64,000 bases of DNA from an uncultured delta proteobacterium (GCA_963711835.1 CAVQFQ010000010.1:1-64000); one strand, 5' to 3'; positions 28,834 to 40,682 are shown, counted from the first letter of the stretch. Numbers and translations: made by a program. Notes: generated by a model not told the origin, from the letters alone.

Positions 28834-29088
28834 CTACCTGAGAATTACCGGCAAATCAACGTAATACGGCATGGGACTGAGTAAAAGCTCGGCCGCCAGG
28901 ACGGCCGCCAATTCTTCGGGAGTTTGCTGCAGTGGCCTTGAGGAGGAAAGGCACCCTTCATTTAAATTTGGGGCGGGGGTAATGTCTCCGGGCTTCATCT
29001 CTCCGCTTGGGGAAGGGACAAGGTTCTGAATAACGGCTGCTAAAAGAATCAGAATCAGCACTGTCTTCAGGTTTCGGTTGGTTTTCAT
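28834..29088 (-). CDS. Small secreted hypothetical protein with C-terminal YVDLPVILR tail
   Basis: Signal-like N-terminus. ATGA overlap with the upstream gene. Confidence 0.55.
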   Translation of the reverse strand: MKTNRNLKTVLILILLAAVIQNLVPSPSGEMKPGDITPAPNLNEGCLSSSRPLQQTPEELAAVLAAELLLSPMPYYVDLPVILR

Positions 29089-29454
29089 GGCTGGATCTCC
29101 ACCCCCGAAATGGGGCGGCAATTGCTTAATTCGCAGCCATAAGCAACGCCACTCAAATCACTTGGGAAATAGGTAATTTTGAGGATCTTGGTCGTTACCT
29201 TGGCCGTGATAAAGGCACTCAAAAATCGGGCGGCCATCCCGGAATCGGAAGTGGAGACAGCAAATTGAGTAAAAACCGTCCCGGGAGCAGGAGAGGCACA
29301 GAGAACATAGACCCTGTTGGTAAAGACCCCCACAGCGTTCGGCGTGCAGGTATTATAAATGGACCGTCTGCGCCATAGCGATCGCCGGACCGGCCAGCAT
29401 CCCCAATAAAATCAAGGTCCCAAAAATCCAACACTTGAAAGATTTTTTTTCCAT
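29085..29454 (-). CDS. Secreted Cys-containing hypothetical protein, split by a +1 frameshift near 29357
   Basis: RBS then MEKKSFKCWIFGTLILLGMLAGPAIAMAQTVH. Removing one base joins it to YNTCTPNAVGVFTNRVYVLC... of ORF 29085..29333. Confidence 0.6.
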
Positions 29455-29588
29455 CGGCCCCTCCTGGAAACATTAAAAAAATTACCTTGTTTCAAGGAAC
29501 GCTTGATCAATCAAATCGCGTTTCCTCCCGATCCATCCTTGTTTTATGCAACCTCCTGGATCACGATCCTGCCCGGAGAACCCCGAAA

Positions 29589-29801
29589 CTATTTCCCGAT
29601 CGTCTGCTTCCGCTGCCGATCGTATTCACGAATATAGTCGATGATGCCTTTGGCAAAATAATTTTCATCCAGTGTTTTCATCTCGTCGGCCATAAACCGT
29701 ATCCCTTTTATATAGTCGGGGTCCTCAATCGGGTCCTCTTCATTTTCCTTCTCAAACTCTTCCAGGACCTTTTCCAGCAATTTAAAATCCGCCATGCCCA
29801 C
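29589..29801 (-). CDS. Small acidic hypothetical protein
   Basis: RBS (AGGAGAGG) and coherent codon usage. Confidence 0.55.
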   Translation of the reverse strand: MGMADFKLLEKVLEEFEKENEEDPIEDPDYIKGIRFMADEMKTLDENYFAKGIIDYIREYDRQRKQTIGK

Positions 29802-29941
29802 CTCTCCTAACGCGATGATGTTTTACTAATGTATAGCTTAACAGATTTGGCAAATGGGTTTCAATAAAAAGTTGCGATTCCCTTTGTCCGTTAAGGAAAA
29901 TTAGTGTAGGATTCCTAAAAAGAGTCGGCAGGGAGGCTGCC

Positions 29942-30223
29942 ATGAAGATACGAATCCGCCTTATCGGGGTGATTGAAGGGGAACCGATTCATGCCGAAGG
30001 GGAGTTAGCGCTCTCAAAAGGCCGGAGCCTGAAAAGAATACTTAAACAGGCCGATACCGTTTTAGGATTGGAAAAACCCGGAACCCTGCGAAAAATCCTT
30101 AAACCGGGGACTCAGGCCGCCTTATTGCTCCAGGGAGACCCGCTCCCTTTTCCTGAAGGACTCGATTACCATCCCGCCGACGGAGATGAAATCACCATCC
30201 TCCTGCCCCTGGCCGGCGGCTGA
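29942..30223 (+). CDS. MoaD/ThiS ubiquitin-like sulfur carrier
   Basis: DGDEITILLPLAGG with C-terminal GG. GGAGG RBS. Confidence 0.8.
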   Translation: MKIRIRLIGVIEGEPIHAEGELALSKGRSLKRILKQADTVLGLEKPGTLRKILKPGTQAALLLQGDPLPFPEGLDYHPADGDEITILLPLAGG

Positions 30224-30236
30224 AGATCAGCGGCCG

Positions 30237-31394
30237 TTACCCCCCCATCTCGTCACGGATTATCTTTTCAAAATGCTGGCTTCCCAGAGCCAGCAGTCTG
30301 CCGTCCTCCTGCCGAAGAATGTCCCGGGAACTCAGCAGGAATTCCGCATGACTGAGGATCTCACTGACCGCCAGATTGATCCCGAAACCCTTCAGCAGCT
30401 TGGGATCGAAATGCCTCCGGGCTACTTCCTCGGGCGTCCGGGGTCCATCCTTCAGGATCGTTAAGATATCCCCGCCTCTCTGGATATGGTGCTCAATCAC
30501 TTCGGCGACCCTGACCCGGAGATCGATTTCGTGCCACTGATTATTGTAAAAAAGCCGGTGCCCGGGAAGCACCAGCAGATGAGGATCCGCCTGCCCTATT
30601 TCCTTGAGCCTTTTCAGGGACCGCAGGTAGGCCTTCAGGCCATAGAAGGTCTGTGCTTGCCTATGCTGCGGGGAAATGACCTTCTCCGTGATTTTAAAAA
30701 AGGCCTCCTGGGAGGGATGGGGGGTTATTTCAGGCAGGACGATATCCCCGACGAGGATGGCTTCCTTATCTATCACCAGGGCCAGGGAATCGGGGGAATG
30801 GCCCGGCAGGTGATAGGCCTGAACCCCTTCCGCGAGGAAAGGTTCGGAATCAGCGACCCTCTCGATCTGAAGTTCGTTTCTCTGTTTATGGTATTCCAGG
30901 CAATGGACCTGGGTAAAAGACTCGGGCATAAAACAATGCCAGCAGGAGGCTGAAAAGGCTTCCTTTAAGGAAGAGGGGGCGTCCTGGGGATAGATACGAA
31001 TGAGCCGATCATACAGGGCCTGGGCCTTTACTCGTACTCCGGTTTTGGCCACGATCTCCGTCAGCCCACCGTCGTGGTCTTCATGCCCGTGACTGATCAG
31101 TACAAAATCAAGGTCCTGCCCCTTAAGGCCGACCTGACTCATCATGGCCAACAACTTGCCGCCCATCCCGTACCGCCCGGTGTCCACTAAAAATGGGCGC
31201 TCCGGACCGACCCAATAATTCCAGGTGGGGCCCAAATCCCAATCCCCGCCATAGAAATTTTCAGTGGCCAGCCCGATGATTTCCCTGCCCGATGAAAGGC
31301 GATGGCGAAATATCCGGTTGTTTCCGTTCCGGTCGCCTGCCTGAATGACCTCAACCCGATCCAAGAGCATTGATGAATAACCCCTCTGTTTCAT
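30237..31394 (-). CDS. Metallo-beta-lactamase fold hydrolase
   Basis: SHGHEDHDGG, PGHSPD, VGD, LPGH. Confidence 0.88.
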   Translation of the reverse strand: MKQRGYSSMLLDRVEVIQAGDRNGNNRIFRHRLSSGREIIGLATENFYGGDWDLGPTWNYWVGPERPFLVDTGRYGMGGKLLAMMSQVGLKGQDLDFVLISHGHEDHDGGLTEIVAKTGVRVKAQALYDRLIRIYPQDAPSSLKEAFSASCWHCFMPESFTQVHCLEYHKQRNELQIERVADSEPFLAEGVQAYHLPGHSPDSLALVIDKEAILVGDIVLPEITPHPSQEAFFKITEKVISPQHRQAQTFYGLKAYLRSLKRLKEIGQADPHLLVLPGHRLFYNNQWHEIDLRVRVAEVIEHHIQRGGDILTILKDGPRTPEEVARRHFDPKLLKGFGINLAVSEILSHAEFLLSSRDILRQEDGRLLALGSQHFEKIIRDEMGG

Positions 31395-31401
31395 CCGGGA
31401 T

Positions 31402-31434
31402 AAAAAAAAGGCAAGTCCTTGGACTTGCCTTTTT
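31402..31434 (-). terminator. Intrinsic (bidirectional) terminator after atpC
   Basis: aaaaaaaaggcaagtcc-tt-ggacttgccttttt. Confidence 0.8.
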
Positions 31435-31452
31435 AACTCCCAGTTAAAAAAA

Positions 31453-31863
31453 CTATCGGCCCTTTTCCGCTACCCGCAAGCGCAGCAGGGACCTTTTCAA
31501 GGCCGCTTCCGCCCGGATATAATCCAGGGCCTCGCTTTTGGCCCGGGCCAGCCGTTTTTCCGCCCTTTCCCTGGCCCGTTTGGCCCGGTCCAGATCGATC
31601 TCCCGGGCCCTTTCAGCGGCTTCGGCCAGAACCGTTACTTTGTTGTTGGAGACTTCGGCAAAACCTCCGCTGACCGCCATATATTCCAACTGGTTATTCT
31701 TCCGGTAGCGTAATTCCCCGGCCTGAAGAGGCGTCAGAAAAGGTACGTGTCCAGGCAGGATACCGAATTCCCCCTGAGCCCCCATGGCCATGACAATATC
31801 GACGGTTTCGCTGACCACTAATCGGTCCGGAGTAACCACCTCTAACTGAAGTTTTTCTGCCAT
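31453..31863 (-). CDS. atpC: ATP synthase F1 epsilon
   Basis: LEVVTPD, GEFGILPGH, SGGFAEV. Operon position. Confidence 0.97.
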   Translation of the reverse strand: MAEKLQLEVVTPDRLVVSETVDIVMAMGAQGEFGILPGHVPFLTPLQAGELRYRKNNQLEYMAVSGGFAEVSNNKVTVLAEAAERAREIDLDRAKRARERAEKRLARAKSEALDYIRAEAALKRSLLRLRVAEKGR

Positions 31864-31890
31864 GATTCGTTACCGCCTCTGTAATAGTTG

Positions 31891-33321
<1,431 letters not shown>

Positions 33322-33365
33322 TTACGATAAACCTCCTCTAAAGGGTTTTACCTGTTCGGCAAATC

Positions 33366-34235
33366 TTATTTCTTTAAGGCCTCAGCCCCGCCGACGATAT
33401 CCATCAGCTCCTTGGTAATGGCGCTTTGGCGGGCCTTATTATAGACCAAGCTCAAAGTATTGATCAGTTCTTTGCAGTTTCGAGTGGCGTTATCCATGGC
33501 GGTCATGCGGGCGGCCTGTTCACTGGCCGCGTTTTCCAGCATGCCCCGGTAAATCTGGACATTGATGTAGCGGGGCAGCAGCTCCTGGAAAATCCCTTCC
33601 GCCGAGGGCTCGTACAGATATTCCAGGGCCGGGCCGGCCTCCCCTTCCTGCTTTAAGGGGGCAATGGGAAGCAGCCTCAGCATCTTGGGCCGTTGGATGC
33701 CCATATTGATAAACTCCCCATAGATGAGATAGACCTCATCTGAACCGCCCATCAGGAAATTTTCCATCACGTCCTGGCCGATGCCGTTGGCGGTAATCAT
33801 ATCAAAGGAGGCATAGATATCAGCAAAGCTGGAACGGACTTTATGTTTCCGGCGTCGGTAATAATCGGACCCTTTTTTACCGACCGGGACCAGGGCTACT
33901 TCCAATTGCTCGCGGGTTTTGGCCTTGATGAATTTTTCACCGGCATTGATCAGGTTGACGTTGAAGCTGCCGCACAATCCCCGGTCGGACGTCAGGCTGA
34001 TCAACTCCACTTTTTTTACCGGACGTTGGGCCATCAAGGGGAAGGCCTCGGGATCAATTCGAGAAGAGAGGTTATTGATAACCTCCAAAAATTTGGAGGC
34101 ATAAGGGCGAAAATTTTCCATCCGCATCTGGGCCCCCCGCAGTTTGGACGCCGCCACCATATTCATGGCCTTGGTGATCTGCTGGGTCTTCTTTACCGCC
34201 CCGATCTTTCTTCTGATATCTCGAAGTGTCGCCAT
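33366..34235 (-). CDS. atpG: ATP synthase F1 gamma
   Basis: ITKAMNMVAASK, SDRGLCG, RQSAITKEL. Confidence 0.98.
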   Translation of the reverse strand: MATLRDIRRKIGAVKKTQQITKAMNMVAASKLRGAQMRMENFRPYASKFLEVINNLSSRIDPEAFPLMAQRPVKKVELISLTSDRGLCGSFNVNLINAGEKFIKAKTREQLEVALVPVGKKGSDYYRRRKHKVRSSFADIYASFDMITANGIGQDVMENFLMGGSDEVYLIYGEFINMGIQRPKMLRLLPIAPLKQEGEAGPALEYLYEPSAEGIFQELLPRYINVQIYRGMLENAASEQAARMTAMDNATRNCKELINTLSLVYNKARQSAITKELMDIVGGAEALKK

Positions 34236-34257
34236 AAGGATTGACTTTCTTTAGTAT

Positions 34258-34326
34258 GCGCTTTCGGCTTTCGGCGGTCAGCACCCAAGCGCTTTAGCTG
34301 ATTACCGACCGCTGACGGCTGATCGC
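34258..34326. repeat. Heptamer-repeat hairpin between atpA and atpG
   Basis: gctttcggctttcggcggtcagc ... gctgattaccgaccgctgacggctgatcgc. Confidence 0.6.
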
Positions 34327-34327
34327 T

Positions 34328-35845
34328 TTATTTCAGTTGAGCCAGAAATTGGGTTTTGAACTCGCCGAGGGCCTTTTTCATCCGCTCTTCCAGATCCGGG
34401 CTGATCTCTTTCTTATCCTTAATCTCGGAGAAGATTTCCGGATGCTTGGATTCCACGTAAGAAAGCATTTGCGGTTCAAAATCTTTCAGGGAATCAATCG
34501 CTAAGTCATCCAGGAAACCCCGGGACCCGGCAAAGAGGACGGTAATCATCTTTTCCATGGGTATGGGCTGGTATTGGGGCTGCTTCAGGATCTCCACCAT
34601 CCGGACCCCGCGGTTGATCTGGGCCTGGGTGGATTTATCCAATTCACTGCCGAACTGGGCAAAGGCGGCCAATTCGCGGTATTGGGCCAGGTCCATGCGC
34701 AGGCTGGCGGCCACCTGTTTCATGGCCTTGACCTGGGCGTTGCCGCCGACCCGGGAGACGGAAAGACCGACGTTAATGGCCGGACGGACCCCGGAGAAGA
34801 ACAGGTTCGGCTCCAGATAAACCTGGCCGTCGGTAATGGAAATGACGTTGGTTGGAATATAGGCCGAGACGTCGCCGGCCTGGGTTTCGATGATCGGCAA
34901 GGCCGTCAGACTGCCTCCACCCAAATCTTCCCGCATCTTAGCGGCCCGTTCCAGCAGCCGGGAATGGTTGTAGAAGATGTCGCCCGGGAAGGCCTCCCGC
35001 CCCGGGGGGCGACGAAGAAGCAGGGATAATTGCCGGTAGGCCACGGCCTGCTTGGAAAGGTCGTCATAAATAACCAGGGCATGCCGGCCGGTATCCCGGA
35101 AATATTCGCCCATGGTGCACCCGGCAAAAGCCGCCACGTACTGCATGGGGGCCGGGTCGCTGGCACAGGCGGCCACCACTACGGTTTTATCCATTACCCC
35201 ATGGCGCCGCAGGGCCTCAACCACCTGGGCCACGGTGGATTTTTTCTGGCCGATGGCTACATAGATGCAGTAAATATCGGAATCCTTCTGGTTGATGATG
35301 GCATCGACGCAAAGGGCGGTCTTGCCGATCTGGCGGTCGCCGATGATCAGTTCCCGCTGTCCCCGGCCGATAGGGGTCATGGCATCGATGGCCTTGTAGC
35401 CGGTGTACATCGGTTCTTTAACGGGCTGGCGCTCGATGACCCCGGGGGCCTTCAATTCGATCTTCCGGAATTCCTTGGCATTGAGGGGGCCTTTGCCGTC
35501 AATCGGCAGGCCCACGGAATCGATTACCCGGCCCAGAACGGCCTCTCCGACCGGCACCTCGGCGATACGGCCGGTCCTTTTTACGGTATCCCCCTCTTTG
35601 ATATGGTAGTCCTCCCCCAGGACGGCGCAACCGACATTGTCTTCCTCCAGGTTAAGGGCAATGCCGTAGATACCTCCTGGAAACTCGAGCAGTTCCATGG
35701 CCATGGTATTCTCAACGCCATAGACCCGGGCGATACCGTCGCCGACTGAAAGGACGATGCCGGTTTCACTGAGCTCTACCTTTTTATCAAAATCTTGAAT
35801 CTGCTGCCTGATAATCTGACTAATTTCTTCGGCTCTAATTTCCAT
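34328..35845 (-). CDS. atpA: ATP synthase F1 alpha
   Basis: [31 protein letters not shown]. Confidence 0.99.
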   Translation of the reverse strand: MEIRAEEISQIIRQQIQDFDKKVELSETGIVLSVGDGIARVYGVENTMAMELLEFPGGIYGIALNLEEDNVGCAVLGEDYHIKEGDTVKRTGRIAEVPVGEAVLGRVIDSVGLPIDGKGPLNAKEFRKIELKAPGVIERQPVKEPMYTGYKAIDAMTPIGRGQRELIIGDRQIGKTALCVDAIINQKDSDIYCIYVAIGQKKSTVAQVVEALRRHGVMDKTVVVAACASDPAPMQYVAAFAGCTMGEYFRDTGRHALVIYDDLSKQAVAYRQLSLLLRRPPGREAFPGDIFYNHSRLLERAAKMREDLGGGSLTALPIIETQAGDVSAYIPTNVISITDGQVYLEPNLFFSGVRPAINVGLSVSRVGGNAQVKAMKQVAASLRMDLAQYRELAAFAQFGSELDKSTQAQINRGVRMVEILKQPQYQPIPMEKMITVLFAGSRGFLDDLAIDSLKDFEPQMLSYVESKHPEIFSEIKDKKEISPDLEERMKKALGEFKTQFLAQLK

Positions 35846-35847
35846 AT

Positions 35848-36399
35848 TTAGATACCCTCACCCCTTCTTAAGGATTCTTTTAAACTCTTAAGTTGAGTTC
35901 GCAAACTGCCGTCCAGGGTCAAATCTCCCACCTGGGCGACGATGCCGCCCAGGATGGCAGGATCCTGGTTGACGGTGATAATGACTTCTTTTTGAACCGC
36001 GGCTTTTAAAGCCGCCTGAATTCTTTGAATAATATCGTCGGTGAGCTGGATGGCGGTGGTGACCACGGCCCGTTTGATATTGGACAGTTCATCGGTTAAT
36101 TGGCTATAGATGGTCCCAATATCTTCCAGGTAGCGGATACGACCCTTGGTCATCAGGAGTTGGATGAAATTTTTCATGGTTTGCGACAGGCCGCTCTTCT
36201 CCAGAATCAGACCCAGCAGCTTGCCCCGACTGGCCGCATCATACGTGGGGCTCTGCAGGATCTCCCGGACCCGGGCTTCTTGTTTTAAAAAGCCGCTGAA
36301 GACCTTCAGCTCTTCGCCGTACTGGAGGTATTTACCATCTTCCTGCCCCAGGGAGAGCAGGGCCTTGGCGTACCTTCTGGAAATAGTGAAGTCTCTCAA
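35848..36399 (-). CDS. atpH: ATP synthase delta
   Basis: RRYAKAL, DPAILGG, LDGS. Confidence 0.95.
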   Translation of the reverse strand: MRDFTISRRYAKALLSLGQEDGKYLQYGEELKVFSGFLKQEARVREILQSPTYDAASRGKLLGLILEKSGLSQTMKNFIQLLMTKGRIRYLEDIGTIYSQLTDELSNIKRAVVTTAIQLTDDIIQRIQAALKAAVQKEVIITVNQDPAILGGIVAQVGDLTLDGSLRTQLKSLKESLRRGEGI

Positions 36400-37056
36400 T
36401 TAATGGGTCACCACCTTTGCTAAGTATTCACCGATCAATATTTTTTGATCATTTTCGGTGATGTTCTTCTTCAGGATGTCTTCGGCCATCTTTACCGATA
36501 AATCGGCCATCTCTTCCCGGAGGGATTGATTGGCCTTCTGGATTTCCTGCTGGATGGTTATCTGGGCCTGCTCGACGATGCGTGAGGCCACCTTCTGGGC
36601 GTTGTCGATGATTTTTTGTTTTTCCTTTTCTCCTTCGGCCTTAAAATCAGCCAGGAGCGTTTCTTTTTCATCCTTTAAGGAAGAGAGCCTTTTTTCCAAG
36701 GCCTGGTATTCCCTTTTGGCTTCCTCTTTTTTGGCTTCCAACTCCTGGAGCTCTTTTTCGATGGTCTCGCGGCGGTTGGCCATAGCTTGTTTCACGGGCT
36801 TCTTGAGCAGGAAAATCAGGACTAAAAAGAAAAGGATGAAATTGATGGACCTGAAAAGGAGGTCCTTCAATCTGGCCGGTGACTCGCCCCCGCCGGCCGC
36901 TGCTCCATGTCCGGCAGCTCCCCCCTCCCCTCCGGAAGAGGCATAGACCAGCCCTCCATAAACGACCAGCAGAAGAAGGACAGGCAGGCTTTTTAAGAAA
37001 TAGTGAACCACCGTACGGGAAAAGGATTTTGAAGCATCATGAGAAAGACTGGGCAT
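36400..37056 (-). CDS. atpF: ATP synthase F0 subunit b
   Basis: TM segment (INF) followed by coiled coil. Operon position. Confidence 0.9.
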   Translation of the reverse strand: MPSLSHDASKSFSRTVVHYFLKSLPVLLLLVVYGGLVYASSGGEGGAAGHGAAAGGGESPARLKDLLFRSINFILFFLVLIFLLKKPVKQAMANRRETIEKELQELEAKKEEAKREYQALEKRLSSLKDEKETLLADFKAEGEKEKQKIIDNAQKVASRIVEQAQITIQQEIQKANQSLREEMADLSVKMAEDILKKNITENDQKILIGEYLAKVVTH

Positions 37057-37502
37057 TAAATCGTCCTCCCTAAGATCTTTTGAGCTATTTCCTGGGAGAA
37101 GGAGCTCACCTCAGCGGAGAGTTTCCGGCGGGCAGCCTCAACTTGTTGAACAATTTTCTGTCTGTTTTGGTCCAGTTGGGCATCCACCTGCTGACCGGCT
37201 TCCTGGAGAACCTTTTTCTCCTCTTCCTGGCCGGCCAATTTAAGTTGATTTTTATATTCGAAGCCTTCTTTCCTGGCCAGTTGTAACTGGTTCTGGTAGT
37301 CCTGGTCTTTTTGGACCATATCGGCCCTGGCTTTATTGGCCTCGGCCTCTAAAGAGGCTATCTTTTCGGCTCTGTTTTTTAAAATGGTTCGAATCGGTTT
37401 GTAAAGGAGGGTGTTCAGGATTAACATCAATAGGAGCACGTTGATGATCTGGAAAATAAGGGATTGGTTGATTTCAATCATCTTTTCAGCCTTTCCTGCC
37501 AA
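37056..37502 (-). CDS. atpF: ATP synthase F0 subunit b'
   Basis: FQIINVLLLMLILNTLLYKPI followed by coiled coil. Confidence 0.88.
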   Translation of the reverse strand: MAGKAEKMIEINQSLIFQIINVLLLMLILNTLLYKPIRTILKNRAEKIASLEAEANKARADMVQKDQDYQNQLQLARKEGFEYKNQLKLAGQEEEKKVLQEAGQQVDAQLDQNRQKIVQQVEAARRKLSAEVSSFSQEIAQKILGRTI

Positions 37503-37754
37503 TAAGAGTGATTAATTCGGGAGTATATAACGGGTGTTCGGAAGAAATTAATGATTTTTTTCACACATAGCAAACAGAAGCCTTCTTATCGTATTTTTAG
37601 CCCCATGTCAAAGGTTTTTTTGAAAAAAGTTAATAAAAACGGTTCTTCTCCCAACACGTTGGGAAAAGGGGGCGAGGATTCGGGGATTCAAGAGGTAAGA
37701 GTTGACCTGTTTTGTTTTAACCATTCGTATTTGTTGCTTATTTCACGTGAATCC

Positions 37755-38801
37755 TTAAATTTTCTGATCAACCCCGTAAATCGCTTTTACTTCGGACCTC
37801 ATTGAATCCAGATAGCGTCTCGCTTCCTCGGGCGGCAGGGCTTCCAGGCGGCCGTCCTCCCGCTGGACGACCATCCCGCTTTCGGTGAGCAGCTTGTGGC
37901 GGCGAAGGCGCACCTCCTTGTCGGGGTGACAAACGAGCTGGCAGTTTCCGCAGGTCAGCAGGAGCTTTTTTCGCATCATGACCTGATACTGGCCGCCCTC
38001 TATCTCCGGCCATTGGCTGTAGGCCTTGAACCCGGGAAGGAAGGCGGCTGCGATGTTATCATCGGTCTCGGGAATGGCCCATCGGCCGGGCGACCAGGAC
38101 GACCATTTCCCCGACGGGTGCAGCCCGCTGAATCCCCCGCAGACGAACTGGCAACGGAGTTGGCTGCGGCGCCTGGAGTAAGCGTATTTTCGCCCGCCTA
38201 AATTTACCGAATCCTTTTCCTCCCGGTCCATAAATCCCGAGGCGCAGGAAGCCAGACAAAGACGGCACTCATCGCAATAGTTGTCCTCTTCAGGGAGAGG
38301 GTCGGTCGGGTCGAATTCCCCGGCGGTGACTACCGCCCCCAGGATCACCGAGGCCCCTGCCAACCGGGTGATGACGTTGCCTGAAAACCCGAAATGGGCA
38401 ATCCCGGCCCGGACCGCCAGGTAACGCAACGAGATGTCGGGGATCATGGTCCCGGTTTTCAGCGCTTCCGGCCGATAGACATTGTTGGATGAGACCGGAA
38501 CGGCCTTACAGCCTCGTTGCCGCAGGAAGTCCGCCAGTCCAAGGGCGATGCCGCCGGCCAGGTAATTGGTCCGGAAATTGTCCTGTTCATGGGACAGGCG
38601 GTCCTTTTTGCCGAGAAAAGGTTCGATCAGGGTTTGATCCAGCGGAACGGCAAAGACCACGGCGGACCTGGCACCGGGCAGGACGTAAGTCAAATCCGTG
38701 GAGGGCGGGCCTCCGGCCAAGGTTTCGCTGGTGGCGATTCCCACGGCGCAGGCCCCGGCGCCGAGGGGATAATCCAGGGCAATAGCTCTCAATTTATCCA
38801 T
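37755..38801 (-). CDS. Epoxyqueuosine reductase (QueG)-like cobalamin/Fe-S protein
   Basis: VGIA, LPGARS, LAVRAGIAHFGFSG, CDECRLCLASC, TCGNCQLVC. RBS supports ATG 38801. Confidence 0.7.
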   Translation of the reverse strand: MDKLRAIALDYPLGAGACAVGIATSETLAGGPPSTDLTYVLPGARSAVVFAVPLDQTLIEPFLGKKDRLSHEQDNFRTNYLAGGIALGLADFLRQRGCKAVPVSSNNVYRPEALKTGTMIPDISLRYLAVRAGIAHFGFSGNVITRLAGASVILGAVVTAGEFDPTDPLPEEDNYCDECRLCLASCASGFMDREEKDSVNLGGRKYAYSRRRSQLRCQFVCGGFSGLHPSGKWSSWSPGRWAIPETDDNIAAAFLPGFKAYSQWPEIEGGQYQVMMRKKLLLTCGNCQLVCHPDKEVRLRRHKLLTESGMVVQREDGRLEALPPEEARRYLDSMRSEVKAIYGVDQKI

Positions 38802-38833
38802 AAGAACGGTTTCCTTTCTTGAAGGTTCTCCAT

Positions 38834-38858
38834 TAAATAGGGGAGTGTCCCCGAGTTT
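38834..38858. repeat. Short inverted site TAAATAGGGG-AGTGT-CCCCGAGTTT at the left border of the accessory patch
   Basis: Seen directly. Similar sites or half-sites at 40585-40624, 41399-41430, 46017-46038, 46042-46144, 46405-46438 and 47391-47414. Confidence 0.65.
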
Positions 38859-38983
38859 CACCGAGTTTCCATTAGTTCAGTCGGCGAGGATGATAAGGAG
38901 AAGGTGAGTTGCAGATTGGCTGCGCACTCATTACAAAATTTAGCCTTTTCGGGATTCTCCTGTCCGCACAGGGGACATCGCAT
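38858..38983 (-). pseudogene. Isolated N-terminal zinc-ribbon fragment, truncated at the inverted site
   Basis: MRCPLCGQENPEKAKFCNECAANL...ETR*. Resembles the N-terminus of zinc-ribbon adenylate/guanylate cyclase-AAA-TPR proteins (inference). Confidence 0.6.
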
Positions 38984-39100
38984 GGGATTATTTCCCTTAA
39001 AACGTTCTAAATTGATTGCAACCGGTTAAAGAAATGCCGCCTGAATAGCCAGGTCCATTAATCGTCCAATTTGCAATTAAATTGCATCTTAGACGATACC

Positions 39101-40288
39101 TTATAAGCCGGAAATTTTTCTTTTGGTTGTAAAGACCTCCCGCGCCTTGTCCCAGCTCAGGACCCGTCCCTGGCTTCTAACTTCTTTTTTGGCGCCGGCA
39201 TAGATTAGAAATCCTTGACTGGGCTCGCCCCGGGAAAGCCGGTTCCAGTAATTAAGCCCATCAAAAAAACCGGAGGCTATGGTTTCTCCTGATTTAATCT
39301 CCACCGGAACCAGGCGGTCCCCAAAATCGAGGAGGCAGTCAATTTCATGTCCGACCTTGTCTCTCCAGTAATAACAGTTGGGTTCCAGGCCGCGATGACT
39401 TCGATACTTGACCAATTCGGAAATGATCAGAGACTCGAAAAGACTGCCCTTTAAATAATGGGTTTGAACCTGATCCGGGTTTTCGATTCCCAAGAGATAA
39501 CAAGCCAGTCCGGTGTCATAGAAATAGAGCTTCGGCATTTTAATGAGGCGTTTATTAAAGTTGCGGAAGTGGGGTTGAAGCAGAAATACCAGGTAGCTGC
39601 TTTCCAGCAAGGAAATCCAGGACCGGGCGGTATTGGGGCTAATACCGCTATCCATAGCCAGGGAACTCACATTCAGCACCTGCCCGATCCGCCCGGCGCA
39701 GAGGCGTACAAATTTCTGAAACAGCCCCAGGTCGGGGATGTTTTTTATTAAACGGAGATCCCTTTCCAGGTAGGTTTGAACATAGCTTCTATACCAATCG
39801 GTCGGCGAAACGGGCTGGGCAACCAGCCGGGGATAAAAACCACGGAAAAGAAGGCCTTTATACTTCCCGAAGCCGGTCTTTCCCTTAGGCAGTTCTTCCA
39901 GGCTCAAAGGAAGAAGCTTCAGGACGGCAGTGCGGCCGGCCAGCGACTGAGAAATTTTTTCGTGGAGCAGAAAATTCTGGGAGCCGGATAATACATACTG
40001 ACCCGGACGGTTGTGCCGGTCCACCACTCCCTGCAGATAGGAAAATAAGGTCGGAACGCGCTGGGCCTCGTCGATCACCACCCGCCGGGAATACGTGGAC
40101 AGGAACCCCCGGGGATCGTGCTCGGCGAACTCCCGGTTATCCAACTCCTCCAGGGAGACATAGTCCCAATCAGGGAAAGCCTGCTGCACCAGGGTTGTTT
40201 TTCCCGATTGACGGGGTCCGGTCAGAGTGACCACCGGGAACTGCCTGGAGAGGGCCACCAATTTTCCTTCTAAAATCCGTTTGATCAT
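39101..40288 (-). CDS. AAA+ ATPase, AAA_14/DUF4143 family
   Basis: GPRQSGKTT, IDEAQ, SGS, SLAGR, YLERD, KLYFYDTGL, EID...VEIKS. Confidence 0.92.
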   Translation of the reverse strand: MIKRILEGKLVALSRQFPVVTLTGPRQSGKTTLVQQAFPDWDYVSLEELDNREFAEHDPRGFLSTYSRRVVIDEAQRVPTLFSYLQGVVDRHNRPGQYVLSGSQNFLLHEKISQSLAGRTAVLKLLPLSLEELPKGKTGFGKYKGLLFRGFYPRLVAQPVSPTDWYRSYVQTYLERDLRLIKNIPDLGLFQKFVRLCAGRIGQVLNVSSLAMDSGISPNTARSWISLLESSYLVFLLQPHFRNFNKRLIKMPKLYFYDTGLACYLLGIENPDQVQTHYLKGSLFESLIISELVKYRSHRGLEPNCYYWRDKVGHEIDCLLDFGDRLVPVEIKSGETIASGFFDGLNYWNRLSRGEPSQGFLIYAGAKKEVRSQGRVLSWDKAREVFTTKRKISGL

Positions 40289-40384
40289 AACGAAAGCTTA
40301 TCCCGTAATGGACATATTGTCAACCTGATTGCAAATTTGTCCAAACATCACCGAGCGACCATTCAATTCTCCCGGCAATGCGGG

Positions 40385-40582
40385 TTATCCACCCCCTCGC
40401 ACCCGTTCCAGTTGCTCCAGGTCCCATTCCAGGTCCATCTCCCGGAACAGCTTCTCGGCCTTGTCCAGGTATTCCCTGGCCTTGATGCCATTGAGTTCCC
40501 CTGGTATTTACTCTGCGGCTCCACAGTCGACAGCCTGCCTCCATGTATGCCCGGGCAAGATCGGGAGGGGCATTGCTGGACC
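40385..40582 (-). pseudogene. C-terminal gene fragment (...ELNGIKAREYLDKAEKLFREMDLEWDLEQLERVR*)
   Basis: Manual translation. Resembles the C-terminus of cyclase-AAA-TPR proteins (inference). Begins at a GGGG...CCCC site. Confidence 0.5.
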
Positions 40583-40639
40583 ATGGGGTTTTCTGATATC
40601 TTTTGAAATATTGTCCCCAAAATTCATAGCCTGATCAGC

Positions 40640-40682
40640 TTGACAAAAAAATAATATAATGTATACTAATGGTGTATACATT
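40640..40682 (+). promoter_or_regulatory. vapBC promoter with overlapping operator palindrome
   Basis: TTGACA-16-TATACT. AATGTATAC-N7-GTATACATT at 40658-40682. Confidence 0.65.
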
